NCBI GenBank assembly: GCA_963693365.1
Contig: CAVNZM010000006.1
Location: 9,365,355-9,429,354, forward strand
Length of the DNA: 64,000 nt
Direction: 5' to 3'
From: Amoebidium appalachense
Lineage: Eukaryota; Protista; Ichthyosporea
In this document: positions 1-27,149 of the stretch, piece by piece
Numbering within the stretch: the first letter of the stretch is position 1
Layout of the letters: every line of letters begins with the position of its first letter
The notes under the pieces: generated by a model
Told to the model about the DNA's origin: nothing
The model's database searches: none
What the model saw: only the letters and a program-made list of their open reading frames with translations
Translations under genes and position numbers: made by a program

Positions 1-13774
<13,774 letters not shown>

Positions 13775-14387
13775 GGCTCCACCTGGCAAATGAATAGTGT
13801 GGATTCTAGCACCAAAACGTACCCTGAGATTTCGCACGCACCAAAAAAAGGACCACTTTTCGATGGGTGCTTTGCCAAGGAAAAGCCTCTATATAACAGC
13901 TTCTAAGGCTTTATACTTTGTAACATGCATGGGTCTGTGAAGAACAAGGTCACCTTTTTTGGTAAAGAGCTGACAAGCCAGGTTTTGTAATATTTTCCCG
14001 CCTTTTACCACTCGGCAGTATTTCCGTTTTACGTCATTTAGCCATTGGGTTATTAAAGCTAGTTCATAGCCGTATAAATGATTCTATTTTATAAGTCGAT
14101 TTGTTACATTTCTATATCAGCTTGTTGCTGCTGCCGGCCTAGGCTCAGTAACCAGTACATACATGCTCACGCGCAGTCTGCTCAGTGCTCACCGTGAGCT
14201 ACACGGGAAACACGGGGATTTTGGAACATGAACATGTTGCTTTTGACACCTTATAGCCAGCATCAAGCTACCATATAGTCCTTTAGATTTAGCATACACC
14301 AGCTTTTCTTGTGCATGTGGGGCTACCCACCCCCATCACGGGGCCTGGGGCATAGGTGTTGGAGTAGACTTTCAGCTAATAATAGAG
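13775..14387. promoter_or_regulatory. Putative bidirectional promoter between gene 1 and the Cue2-like gene
   Basis: Short repeat-free region between divergent starts. Contains an E2F-like TTTCCCGC (~13994) and a CRE-like TTACGTCA (14029-14036). Confidence 0.45.
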
Positions 14388-17002
14388 ATGGCTGGGACGC
14401 AAGCACAAACCCACTCCAGAGGAAGGCATCTGAGCACAGAAAAATGATACCCGCTGTAGGGGTTGGTGGGTTACGCCCTTCAGCCAGCCCATCACACAGC
14501 CTTTCAGGGGCTGGTATTGGCCGAACGAAGTGTGGTTAGGATCGGTCCCTCCACCAACTACGCCCGTGAGCGAAGTTTTGCCCCTAGAGCAGTCTTTTCC
14601 GGCACAGGCCGAAGTTAGCGCTCCGAACGACCACGAGGATCAACTGGCCAAGCTTCAGAGGTTGTTTGGAGGTGTGTCCTTAAGTAGCTTAGCACGCCCA
14701 GCTACACATAGTACGCTACCTAGTGACACTAGTCAGGTTGCTTTTGCTCAAAACAGTAGTGTCCCACCAGGGTTTGGTGTTCCCCCTGGTTTTAGCGCTC
14801 CGCCAAGTCTCATTCAACCAACTTATTCGGCACCTTCTGCCTATACACCAATAAATGTGCATTATGGTGGGTCTGTGCCAACAAACACATATGATCATGC
14901 AACATTTGCCGCCCTTTGGGCTTTAATGCAAACAAACAATCAGGCGCAGCAATACTCCATGTCTTACAACGATGCTTTCTCTTCCCCTACGGTAGGCCTT
15001 AATGGATACTACACTCCCTTCGTGACCACTGAGCAGACAAATACAGTGTCCTCTTTACCAAACAACGGGACGTACGTACAACCCACACTACCACCACGTT
15101 CGACCCCAGGGCACATGAACCTGGGTGAGATGACTGAACAAACGTACACAACACAATCGTCTGCACAAGCAGCACCCGCGGTGCATTCTGGGCTTAACGG
15201 CACCTCACAAACACATACAACGTCTGATGATGCACACGTCGTGCGCGAAAATCGCACAACCATGACGCAACCAGCGCCAGCCAGTCCAACGGTTGTGTCC
15301 GTCAAGAGGGTTCAGTCACCTGGGAGGCCCCAGCGACCACCCGAAAAACAGGTTTCGAGCCCAAAACCAACAGCAAAATCAAAGGTGAATACCATGTGGT
15401 CGCAAAGCCCAGCAGCAGCCAAACCCACACGGCCGAAAAAACAGCAGCAAAAAGATGTGTTGCAATTGAGTGATAAGGAGACTTGGCCATCAGCAAGCAG
15501 TATGGTGGAGGATGTTAGTGTGTCCGACATGGCTTTTGCCAATCATACAAACACGACAACGGGATATAACGAGGTTGCAAAACCACGACAAGCGAATAAC
15601 CCGACTCTTCCTGCGGCGGATCCAGATCTGCTTGCGTTCATGGCGAAATGTTTTCCGGACACGGATAAGGAGCTCATTACAGATGTTCTTATGCAATGCA
15701 ACAATGATGCCGTTACGGCTATGGAGGCTCTTCTTCCCCCACCCGACGATTTTGTGGGTTCGGACGACCATGCAAGCGAGCAATATTCACCAGTTGGTGC
15801 GGAAGCAGTTTCATCGAATGGAACAGATTCATTTGCCACTGAGCCAGCCGCTTTGGAACCATCAGGACCGGATGGGTTGGTATCGTTGTGCGAGATGTTT
15901 CCGGACACCTCTGTGGAACGGTTGGAGGCTGCGTTGGAAAGGGCAAAAGGTGTTCTGGACGAAGCAATCAACATGGTGCTAGCGGGTGACCTTCCACCCC
16001 CGCTGCCAAAAACACAACCACGAAAGGCGACAGGTGGGTATGGGTTTGGAGGCGTTTTTTATCCCTGCATTTTCATGCTTGTTTGATCTGTTTACTTTCC
16101 AGTTTTGTGCTCTAATAGGCGAACACCCGAATTGTACAGGGAGAAGGGGGCAGGGGGTGTGTTGAGGGAGGGGGGAGGGGAGGGGAGGGAGGAGGGGGGG
16201 GGGGGGGGAGAGGAGGAGTCCTGGGCAACTAATATGGGAATACCATGACAGAGAGGCAGTAATGGGGATTGATATACTAATTAGAAGAAGAGGTGTGTGT
16301 TTTGGGGGGGGTGGGGGGGTTGTCTGGAGGGAAGCAGTATCCGTCAGGGCGTCGGGGGGAGGGGTGGGGGGAGAGAGGAGGAGGAGGGGGTGGGGCAGGG
16401 AGGGAGGGAGGGAGGAAAGGAAAGGGGGGAGGGGGGAGGGGAAGAGGAGGAGGGGGGGTGGCGGGCCGGAACAGCAAAGAGATCATGATCGATGTGCTCT
16501 GTTCTACTTTGGTTATGTGTGATTTGTCTGGGTTGGGTTGCCAACCAGGAAAGCCGGGGGGGGGAGGGAGGGGGGGGGGGGGGGGGGGGGGAGGGGGGGG
16601 GGGGGGGGGGGGAAGGGTTGAATGTCCATGTCGTTGTGTAACTTACCATTGGGTTTCCTTTATAGTTCCGCCCGCACCAAAAATAGCGCTGCGGCCTATT
16701 GGGAAAGGTGCGGAGAAGTGGATGAACAGCCGGCCCACAGAAGATCTTGTGGAACAGATGGCCTCGTTACGAGATATATTTCCGGGATATACGGAGGATG
16801 ATCTGTTTGCGGCCCTTGCTGCCTGCGACTACGACAAAGAGGCTGCCGTGGCGTCGATTCTGATGGTGAAGGAGGATGCAAGGGATAGAAAGTCAGTCCA
16901 GGACCTTCCCCCCCCCCCCCCCCCCCCCCCCACCCAATCTTCCTGCATCCCCCGTTCCACCTTCCCATCTCTCCTCCCTCCCCGACACGCGTTCACCCCA
17001 AC

Positions 17003-17036
<34 letters not shown>

Positions 17037-17196
17037 CCCCGAAAAAAAAACCCCTCCGCCTGCCTTTCCAACCCCTCTCTCCTCCGATATGACAGACGCT
17101 CAACTAAGGAATGAAAGTGCCCACCAGCTCCCTGCCCCATTATGTACCCGTTTATTCCCCCCTCCCCATCTCCCACCACCAACCCATCACCATCCC

Positions 17197-17227
<31 letters not shown>

Positions 17228-17408
17228 ACACGCTCCCCGCGCCCCGGCCTGCCGTCCTCCGTCCTGTTCTACCTTCTCTTCCCCTACTGCTTCGTGTCCG
17301 TGTAGAACTCAGCATCATGTTACCTTCAAACCCCCCCCCCTCCCTCCAACCCCTCCTGACACACTCACAAGGCACACCAAACATACACACACACATCACA
17401 CAGACACA

Positions 17409-17485
<77 letters not shown>

Positions 17486-18419
17486 GCGCTCGTGCGCCCG
17501 CACACACATGCACAGGCACGCACGCACACACTTACACACACCCACACACACCCACACGCACACACACACGTGAACACCATGTCTACCTATCTCTCTCTTC
17601 ACCCTCCCTCCCCTCCCCGCCCTCCCCCCCCCCCCCCCCCCCCCCCTTACCACCCAACTCAGGAGCGAACAACTCAGGAGCAAAACTTCTCAACCTTTTA
17701 CCCCTCCCCTCACCCTCCCCCTCCCCCCCCCCCCCCCCCCCCCCCCACCACACACACACACACACACACACACCCGGTCCCCATCTGTGCTTATGTCTTA
17801 GCCTCGCAATCGATTGTATGTTCCTCTTTTCCCTGCTGGCCCCCTTCTCCCCTGCACGCTTCATGGGCCCACCCTTTTTCGTTGGCTCCTTTAAATAGCT
17901 TTACGTGACTTCTGCGTCTGATCGTTGCCTGCCCTCTTCCCAGCCCCACACTCCCCGTCACCCACTCTCTACCTCCTTCTCTCCCTCCCTCCCTTCCTCT
18001 AAAGCTTCCTTGCAAATCCTCTGGCTCTCTGTAACCGCAGTAAGGGTGTTGGTGATTTATTTTTGTACAGATAGAAAGTGGTGCTCGCAGTCGAAAGAAG
18101 CTGTTCCGTGTAAGCTTTGGGTTTTGCTGATGTAAGATAAAAAGACGGCCCTTCGCATGATAATGATATTCCTTATGTGCCATTCATTACGCTACGATGC
18201 ACGTGCACACATTTCCCTGTATGCTCTACGGTTCTCAAGTGTAAGCCACTAACGTTCTGGTTTTCTGCAGGCATCCAACACAGCACAAAATCAGCCTGAA
18301 TGAGGTTTGTTTGTCCCTCCCCGACTCTCCTCTCTCTGTGTCCCCGGTTCAGCCCCCCCCTCCCCCCCTCCCCGCCCCACCGCCACCACACGCACATATA
18401 CATCTCCTCTCCCCATGCA

Positions 18420-18502
<83 letters not shown>

Positions 18503-18597
18503 CACAGACACACACACACTGATAGAGAGAGAGAGAGAGGCAGACAGAGAGAGAGAGAGAGAGAGATAGAGGCACGCACGCATACACATTCACACGG

Positions 18598-18645
<48 letters not shown>

Positions 18646-18734
18646 ACGCACACGCACATGTGCGGCACATTTTCACATATGCATGCAGGCGCATCCAAGC
18701 CAGTCGACATGACCCCCCTCCCCGTCTTTACCAG

Positions 18735-18781
<47 letters not shown>

Positions 18782-19272
18782 ACACACACACGAAAAAAAA
18801 AAGAAAGGAAGCAAAAGTATTGGATTAGTATTTCTTTCAACTGTTCATCACGGTTGCATGCTCGTGTACAGGCAACCATATACACAGACATGCAAAACAA
18901 ACTCTTAAGCACATTCGAATAGAAAAAAGGCACAAATTTGTACAGATAGTGTTTGCCTCCCTTACTGGCTGCTGCTGGATTATCTCCTCCCCCCCCCCCC
19001 CCTCCCCAACCACCACCACCACCAATCCAACTTAACCAACCAACCGACCACACCCCCCCCCCCCCCCCCCCCTCCCCCTCCCCCCACCCCCCTCAGGCCT
19101 CTCCCTGTTCCTCCCCGTACCAACCATCTTCACTGTGCTTTGGTTTGTGTACGCTGTGGGGTCTTACCCCCCTCTCCCCTATTATCCCCCAAGCTTAGAT
19201 ACAGCTTTGACCTGTCTTCTCATCTCCCCTTCCTTCCATCCCCCCCCCCCCCCCCCCCCCCCTCCCCTCCCC

Positions 19273-19303
<31 letters not shown>

Positions 19304-19521
19304 ACACACGGCCATGTGCACATGTGCAGCTGCAGCACATGCAGGACCCGTCAGCCTGGGAGGGAGGGTCCATGCATCTGGGGGGTCTGGCCAGGCAGCT
19401 CAAGTGCCAGCGCCTGCAGGAGATGTACCGTCATGTCGATCCAATCTTCATCGAGGAGATCTTTGCTGCAAACAGGTATTTATACCCCCTCCCCTCCCCC
19501 CTCCCCCCCCCTCTCCCCCCG

Positions 19522-19556
<35 letters not shown>

Positions 19557-19973
19557 CGCAACCTTCCTCGCACCATGCCCTTCCTCTCCATCTGCCCGAT
19601 CTCCCCCCCCTAACCACCCACCACCACCACCAGCAACACCACTATCACCATCACCATCACCCCTCCTTCCTTCCCCCTCCCCCCTCCCCGCCCTCTCCCC
19701 CCCCCCCTTTCCCCCTCTCCCGTCCCTTCTAAACATGCCCATTATCCGAAACACACCTTTTAATCATAAGCGGCCCACACATAAACACAGGAACACTTGC
19801 CACGGAATCAGCAAATACCCGGATAGTGTTCAATGGCACACACCCACTTGTCTCTCTCTTCCCCCTCCTCCTCCCCCCAACTCCCAACCCGTTACACCAC
19901 CACCACCACCACACACACCCATACACACACACACACACACACGCACACACGCACACATACACACACGCGCGCG

Positions 19974-20035
<62 letters not shown>

Positions 20036-20069
20036 TGCACACACGCACACATACACACACGCGCGCGCG

Positions 20070-20139
<70 letters not shown>

Positions 20140-20672
20140 TACACGCACGAACTTTTTCTGGTGCTGTACTCACTCCCTGCTTCTCTTCTGCCATTGTGAG
20201 TTTGGCATTGTCTTGTATGCCTTCCTTGAAGCCACCCATCCCCGCTCCCAACACCCACCACGTCTACCTTCTTAGCACCCCCCCCCCCCCCCCCCCACCC
20301 CGGCCCCCCAACCCTTCCAACGGGCTCCACACTGTCATTAACCTACCCGCCCTCTCCCCCCCCCCTCCCCCCTTCACAGCTACGACTTCTTCGCCACACA
20401 GCAGGACCTCAAACCCTACGGCCAGCCCTCCCCCACCCCCTCCAAGCACCAGCCGGCCAGCCCTCGTTCCAAGTTGCAGCAAAAGACCCCCACCAAGCAG
20501 CCGCCAGCTGACGGGAGGCCCAAGCCTAGCCTTGTTGGTAGTATTGGTGTGGACAGGCAGGCTAAGGAGCAAAAAGACGATGGGGGGTTCCAACAGGTGG
20601 CTAAGAAGAAACGGCCCCTGCCCAAGGTGCCGGGCAACTACGCAGTCACCCAGGACCAGAGTACGCTCAAAG

Positions 20673-20738
<66 letters not shown>

Positions 20739-21337
20739 ACACACACACAAACTCACACCTCTCCTCTTAACCCCTTTGAGGAATTGAGCCCCTATTGGGA
20801 ATCAAATGTGCTATTTCACATGCACTGTGGTTCGTAGTTGCATGTGAGGATGTGAGGCCCCAGTTATTGTCTTGTGTGCCTTCGTCCCACTGTGTCCTGC
20901 ATTCTACCCCCACCCCCCCCCCCCCCCCCCCCCTCCCCCCCCCCCCCCCCTCTTCTCTTTCCTTCTCCTCTTGTTCTTCTCTTCAATGGTGAGTCCTATG
21001 TGATGCAACTGACATCATTGGTGGTGGGGATAGCTTCAGCTCCCAACACACTTCCTCGCTTAACATTGCCTTTCACCTCCCCACATCCTCGCTCATGCAC
21101 CCCTATCATTCCTTCCCCCCCCCCCGCCCCTCCCTCTCACCGGGTCGAAACTCGGGTACTATGGATGTCTTGGCCCTATCTGAGAATATGCTCTGCTTAT
21201 GATGCGTACTCCTAATGTGTGCTTTGCAATCTGCATTGTGTTGTCTGTCGTGAATGTGTACCCTGTACTCTGTAACACAACCTAACCTCCCCTCCCCCCT
21301 TCCTCCCTCCCCCCTCCCCCCATCCCCATACACACAT

Positions 21338-21398
<61 letters not shown>

Positions 21399-21402
21399 AA
21401 CA

Positions 21403-21438
<36 letters not shown>

Positions 21439-21948
21439 ACAGTGTACCGTGAGGAACGGTCTACGGCCGTGAGTCTTGCTGAGCAGCGCAATGAGTGCTT
21501 CCGCAAAGCTGCTGCCGCCTACCAGGCAAAGAATGTCCCTACGGCCCAGCACTACTCGGCAGAGGTAAGCACCAAGTATATATGTGCATATATGGTTGCA
21601 TGCAACACCACCAGCTCATTCCATAGTGTGTGTGTGTTTTTTTTTTTGTGTTTTTTTTTTTCTTTGTGGACACACTCATGATCATGTAGCTCTTGATATG
21701 CCCGCTGTGAAGGGAGAGGAGAAGGAGGGATGGAGGGGGGAGGGGGAGGGTGGAGAGAATGGGGTTAGGGGAGGAGGGGGGGGGGGGGGGGGGGGGGGGG
21801 AGTGGGGAGAGAGAGAACATTTGACACGGACGTTGGCTGAGGAGGCTTAGCATTTGCTCTGCCTGCATGGATGTCCTATTAGAGTACTTTGGGTGCGGGT
21901 GCCCAGCTAAAAGTTATTTTCATTAACAATCCTCTAACTAAACGATTT

Positions 21949-22047
<99 letters not shown>

Positions 22048-24218
22048 GCCACCGCCTGAACCAGCTGCTGAAGGAGGAACAGATGGAGGCTGCTCGTCGC
22101 ATTTTGAGCCAAAGGTAGGCCCCAATCCTTGGCCATTGCAATGCCTGCCCATTGCTTCTCCTGACGTGATGTGTGTTTGCTTCCATTCTGCAGGGTCTCT
22201 TTTCTTTATCGTGGTGTGCATGTGTATGTGCTTAAATGCAATGAAACAAGAACCCTAGGCTGTGCCTGCTCTTAGTCATGCATGTAAACTGCCGTTCTCT
22301 TGCAAATGAGGCAAGAAATCGTGAGTCCGGGAAGACAGCAACACAGCTTCCCGCTTGAGTGTTCTTGTCACTGTGTTGTCTATCCAGGGTACCCGTATCG
22401 AAACCTCTCACACACGTCCTACTGTACAGACCACCCGGAAAAGCTCTAGGTGCAATCTCTGTGTCCGTACCATGAAAGAGAACACCCTGACTACCTTCTG
22501 CATCTTTTACCACTTGGTGTTGTATGACTACCTACAGATTGCATCTACTTAATGTAAATAGCTTCTCTACAGTGTTCCATGTCTATCTAGACGCCTGAAT
22601 ATCCAAACCCTGCAGAAACACGGGCAACAACATCCTGGAGACCGTGGACCTGCACGGGCTGCACGTGAATGAGGCAGTGACGGTGCTGAAGGAGATATTG
22701 CGCAAACACCAGGATGGGGAGGGTGCGTGAACCAGCCTAGCAAACACATACGTGCATGTGCATCGGCATGTGCATGCACATCTACTTGTGCTACATGTGC
22801 ATGCATATCTGCATGTGCATGCACACCTACTTGTGCATTTGGGCCTACATTTGCGTGCATATGTCTGCACGTGCAGGCACATCTTAAGTGCATGTGCATG
22901 CATGCAAATGTACGCAGATAGGGCAGTGATTGCTTTCTTGAGTGGTTCCCACCTCTCCCTCCCCCCTCCCCCCTCCCCCCTCCCCCCCCCCCCCCACACA
23001 CACACACACACACAATCCACCCCTGCCCTCACAGCCCTGCTCCCCCCTTCCTCATTGCCACCCCAACCACCACCATCACCCACCAACCAAATGAATGCAC
23101 CCACCCACCCACAGCCACCACCGCGGCTTCTTCCCCCTCTCTGCACGTGTGCTCCTCCTCACACCACAACTACTACCTCCCTCTCCTTGCTCTGCACGCC
23201 TGCCTCCCCCCCCCCTCCCCCGCTGTCTCTGTTCACGTCTGGTTGCTCCCACTCCCCCCCCCCCCCCCCCTTCTGCCTCCCCCCCCCCCCCCCCCCTTCC
23301 CCCCCTTTCCCCGTCATCAGAATGTTTGTGCTTTCCGTCGGGCACTTTGCACCAATGTGTGAAACATTTGCACCTCCTCCCCCCCCCCTCCCCCCCCCCC
23401 TCCCTTTTTGAAACCCTTTCCTCTCTCGCCCTGCCCACCACCCTCCAAAACACACGCACACTTAGCTTATACACTTTGCTCTCTCTGCCACTGAGACTCC
23501 ACCTCTCCCCCCTCTCCCCCCGCCCTCCCCCCCCCAACACCTCCCCCCCCTCCCCCCCCCCCCCCCTCCCCCTCCAACACCTCCCCCCCCCCCCCCCCCC
23601 CCCCTTTCCCAAACACCCTCCCCGGTGTCTCTTTCCTTCTCACGAGCTCTCTCCCCCTCCCTCTCATTCCCTCCCCCTCCCATCTGTTCCTTCTTTCTCC
23701 CTCCCTCTATCTCCCTCCCTCTCTCCCTCCTTCCCCCCCATCCCCCCCCCCCCCCCCTCCTCTCTCTCTCTCTCTATCTCCCCCCTCTCCCCCTCCCCCC
23801 GTTCCTTCATCCCTCCCTCCCTACCCTGCCCCTACCCTCCACCCCCATACTTGTCTGGCATCTTTCTCTCTGTCTTTACCGATACTCATCACAAGGCACG
23901 GAGAATCTGGGGAGGGGGGGGGGGGGGGGGAGGGGGGGAGAACGGAGGGGCGGAGGGAGGGGGGGGGGGGGGGGAAGCCTCTGTGTTTTTGATTTGTGTT
24001 AGCTGTGGTGTTGTGTATGATGATAACCTACCCCGTATGCAGCAAATGGCAAGTGTGAAACCCTACGTGTGATCACTGGGTCCGGCATACACAGTGCAGA
24101 CGGCAAGGCCAGGATCAAAGCCAGCATCCTGGCCATGCTGCGGGCAAGGAAGGTCAGGTTTGAGAGTGTGTCCAATGGCGTCATAGATGTAAGCCTTAAA
24201 AATTTGGCTGGGTTTTAA
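14388..24218 (+). CDS. CUE-domain / DUF1771 / Smr endonuclease (Cue2/NONU-1/N4BP2-type, ribosome-collision no-go decay nuclease family)
   Basis: Exon 14460-16033 has two CUE motifs ([32 protein letters not shown]; [32 protein letters not shown]). Exon 16666-16891 has a third CUE ([32 protein letters not shown]). Exons ~19330-19475 plus 20380-20660 give a fourth CUE-like unit. Exons 21443-21563 and 22047-22113 give DUF1771 ([26 protein letters not shown]...). Exons ~22616-22721 ([11 protein letters not shown]) and ~24043-24218 ([17 protein letters not shown], stop TAA 24216-18) give the Smr domain. The start at 14388 is tentative because it needs a 34-nt GC-AG intron. Exons between 16891 and 19330 are not resolved. 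Confidence 0.88.
21140..21290 (+). mobile_element. 5'-truncated copy of the structured poly(C)-ended dispersed repeat (intronic)
   Basis: gggtcgaaactcgggtactatggatgtcttggccctatctgagaatatgctctgcttatgatgc... followed by a C-rich tract; matches the 24691 and 30152 copies by eye. Confidence 0.7.
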
Positions 24219-24367
24219 TTGTGACAGTCACAGAAGATTGATTGCTGGTAAGTCTGTCTTGGGCTGTTTTTAAACGATTGGATTTTAAATCAAGACGTAC
24301 AGGTCTTGCATGTGGATATGAATTTTTGTTTTTTTTGGTTGTTTTAAGTTCCCGCACCATGCCCCCC

Positions 24368-24521
24368 ACTTGGGCCCTCCCTGAGGATGGGCTCTGCTTA
24401 TGACGCATACTGTGCGCATGGCTGATGCTGCATACTTGAATGTTTGCCTTTGCATGTGTCCTGCATCATGCTTCTCATCGTCTATGCGTACTTCGTACTG
24501 TGTTCCGCATTCAAACCCCCC
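24368..24521 (+). mobile_element. 3' half of the structured dispersed repeat, essentially identical to 24819-24970
   Basis: A ~150-bp direct repeat acttgggccctccctgaggatgggctctgcttatg...ccgcattcaaacccccc; the supplied ORFs 24400 and 24851 have identical translations over this stretch. Confidence 0.9.
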
Positions 24522-24690
24522 TGTCTTCTTTCAGAGGTGTCCTTTCAGGACAGACCACTGTGTGGAGACATCTTTACTTCCATGCAACCGGGCATGGTTG
24601 CTCTGTGTCGTGCATCTGTAAGCACATACGCGTTTGTCGCTGCACTGCATTAGTTTGCACACACATCTTCACCGTTTTGCTCACCTTGCT

Positions 24691-24964
24691 TGCATAAGCA
24701 ACCCTGCTCGTCTTTGATCAAGACGGGTTGACCCACCCAAGTTCAGTTGATGCTGCTGTCTGAGTTGGAGCGTCGTATATACGCGGGCTAAGGGGTCGAA
24801 ACTCAGACGCAATTGATGACTTGGGCCCTCCCTGAGGATGGGCTCTGCTTATGACGCATACTGTGCGCATGGCTGATGCTGCATACTTGAATGTTTGCCT
24901 TTGCATGTGTCCTGCATCATGCTTCTCATCGTCTATGCGTACTTCGTACTGTGTTCCGCATTCA

Positions 24965-25000
<36 letters not shown>
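24691..25000 (+). mobile_element. Long copy of the structured SINE-like repeat with 3' poly(C)
   Basis: Nested complementary segments: cataagca/tgcttatg, ctcgtctt/aagacggg, cccaagttca/tgacttggg, gtctgagtt/aactcagac. Ends gcattcaaa followed by about 34 C. Confidence 0.8.
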
Positions 25001-25594
25001 TTCTCCCCCCGCCCTCACCATGGCCCCTGCGTACGTGCATGCTTGTGTGTTTCTGTATACACTTGTGGTTTGGGACAGTATTCGCTGTTTGATGGTGTGT
25101 GTTTTTGTTTTTGTTGTGTTTTTTTTTTTTTTTTTTGGGGGGGGGGGGGGTCGAGACACGATGCAAGGATTTCTCATTATGGAAGAACGAATGTTGGCTC
25201 AGTCCCTGTTGTCTACTTTGAGTAGGGGAGTATGAAATTGGATGGTTCTGTAAGTGCATTGCAAAATGTATGCAGCCACGGTAGTCGTGGTTATTTTTTT
25301 AAAGCTGGAATGTAGGTGTAATCGATATACTATGCTCTGCAGGCTATAGCTTCGAGCCAGGTACAGGATTGCCTGGGTAGCAAGTAGAATAAAGAGTTGA
25401 CCTGTGCGCTCAGATAGCAGATATACAATGCATATTACGCACACATCCCATGCGCACACATGCGAAAGCGAAGAAAAGAGAAATAATTGTCTAGCCTAAA
25501 ATTTCGGCCCCGACCAGCGGCGCGCGCGCGAAAGACTACAAGATCAATTACGTCATCTAATGGTCTGCGCAATGTAGACTAAAAGTTTTTCGAC

Positions 25595-26115
25595 CGCCGC
25601 TGGTGGGGCGGCCTGGACCTTACGGAGCTGCACCACTGCAGGTTTCCATTGGCTAATCCGATTGTCGCCATAATTTCTCTCTGTGACATTCCAGCAATCT
25701 AGATCTAGCCAATGTAAACCTACAGTGTTTGAGCAGGGGCAAATGCTTTTTCAATGATATTTTCCTACGATCTAGATGTAGCCAATGTTAACCTGCACTG
25801 TTTGAGCGAAGCGGGTGCTTTCTAGCGGAAGTGAGTGAAGAAGGGTTTTCAGCCTTCAAGCGTTTTGGGCATTTACGGTCGCAAACATGTAATAAAATAG
25901 ATTTATTATGTCCCTATTTATTCAATATGGCGTAATCATTTATACGCTTTTAGAAAAAAAGAACTTGATTAGCGCAAGCCTTTAGGGCGGGATGCCCGCG
26001 CGTGATCAAATAAATCGATCGAAAGTTTTAAATCTAGTTAAACTGATTTTAGGCAGCGTATTTTTTAATGAGATGCCTCCAATTGGAATCCTTGTGATCA
26101 TCCCCACCAGCGGCG
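25595..26115. mobile_element. MITE-like element with 14-bp inverted ends and internal CCAAT-containing repeats
   Basis: cgccgctggtgggg (25595-25608) and ccccaccagcggcg (26102-26115) form a perfect inverted repeat. Inside, cactgcaggtttccattggcta / tagccaatgtaaacctacagtg are inverted (20/22), with a further direct copy at ~25770-25807. No target-site duplication was identified. Confidence 0.5.
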
Positions 26116-27149
26116 ACTAAAAAAAAAAATCGATCACGTCATTCCGATCACGCAAACTTGAAGCCGCTGCGTCATACAGCTCTATGCATAATCCGGAACA
26201 CATTTTTGTTATATATGATGCGCACGTATATACACACTGTCAGTGATATTGGCGCACATGCATGCACATGCATATTATGCCCTTGCGTACCATGCAACGT
26301 TCCAATGTTTTTATATACGATGGTGCCACATGCCCTTAAAAGTTTGCACAACATCAGCTCCCACATCTACCACCTACTGAGGCGGTGTCTCCTTTTTTTT
26401 TTTTTTTTTTTTTTTTTAACTTAAAAGGGACGCCTAAGTAGACGTTAAAACGTCGCACGTGCGGCAACACGTCAGTACGTGTTAGCTCCCACATGTCGTG
26501 TAGGCCAAACTCGTCTTGTGAATTTAACACTTAGCGTGACAGGTTGTGTGGAGTATTTATTTGGTCACCGTGGCACACAAATGCCTACTCAACGTGCATT
26601 ATAGCATGTGTGCTTCAAGCTTACGATCAAAGATTATTTCACACAATCGCAAAAGCACATATACATCCCGGTGCCAAGGTGTCTGTTAATAGATTGAAAG
26701 TGCCTTAGGTATAATGGGCAACTTGAAAGTGCCTTAGGAGTTCAATGTTTTAGCGAGATTTTTACGTCATAAGTGCTATAGAGACCCTTGCCGTCCGAGT
26801 TCCAAGCCACTCCCCCCACTAGAATACCCAACAACTTCGCGAAACGCTGCGACCCGATCGGGGAACTCCCACCGGATTATAATTATTCTACAGGCAGATG
26901 GAATACAAAAAAGATGTGCAACAAGCAGACATTCGCGCGCCCAAAAAAAAACAAAAAAACAAAAAAAAACAAAAAAAAACCCCTACCAATACTTATGATT
27001 ATCCACTTGTGCAACATTCAACACGTTTGTTCGACCCAATATGCCCAGTCCCATAGCCATCGCATGCATACAACCCAATCTTGTGACGTCATGTTGTGCA
27101 AAATCAGTCCAAATCAAACCAACTGCAATACCTTACATGCCCGACATTC

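Noticed and set aside
24793-24845. Hammerhead ribozyme in the dispersed repeat (GAAAC and CTGAGGA present)
   Set aside because: The order and pairing do not form stem II: the base after CUGAnGA does not pair with the base before GAAA. Twister and HDV topologies also did not fit by eye.
24368-24970. LTR pair of a TRIM
   Set aside because: No TG..CA ends or PBS; the two repeats are 3' parts of the dispersed element, one of which extends further 5'.
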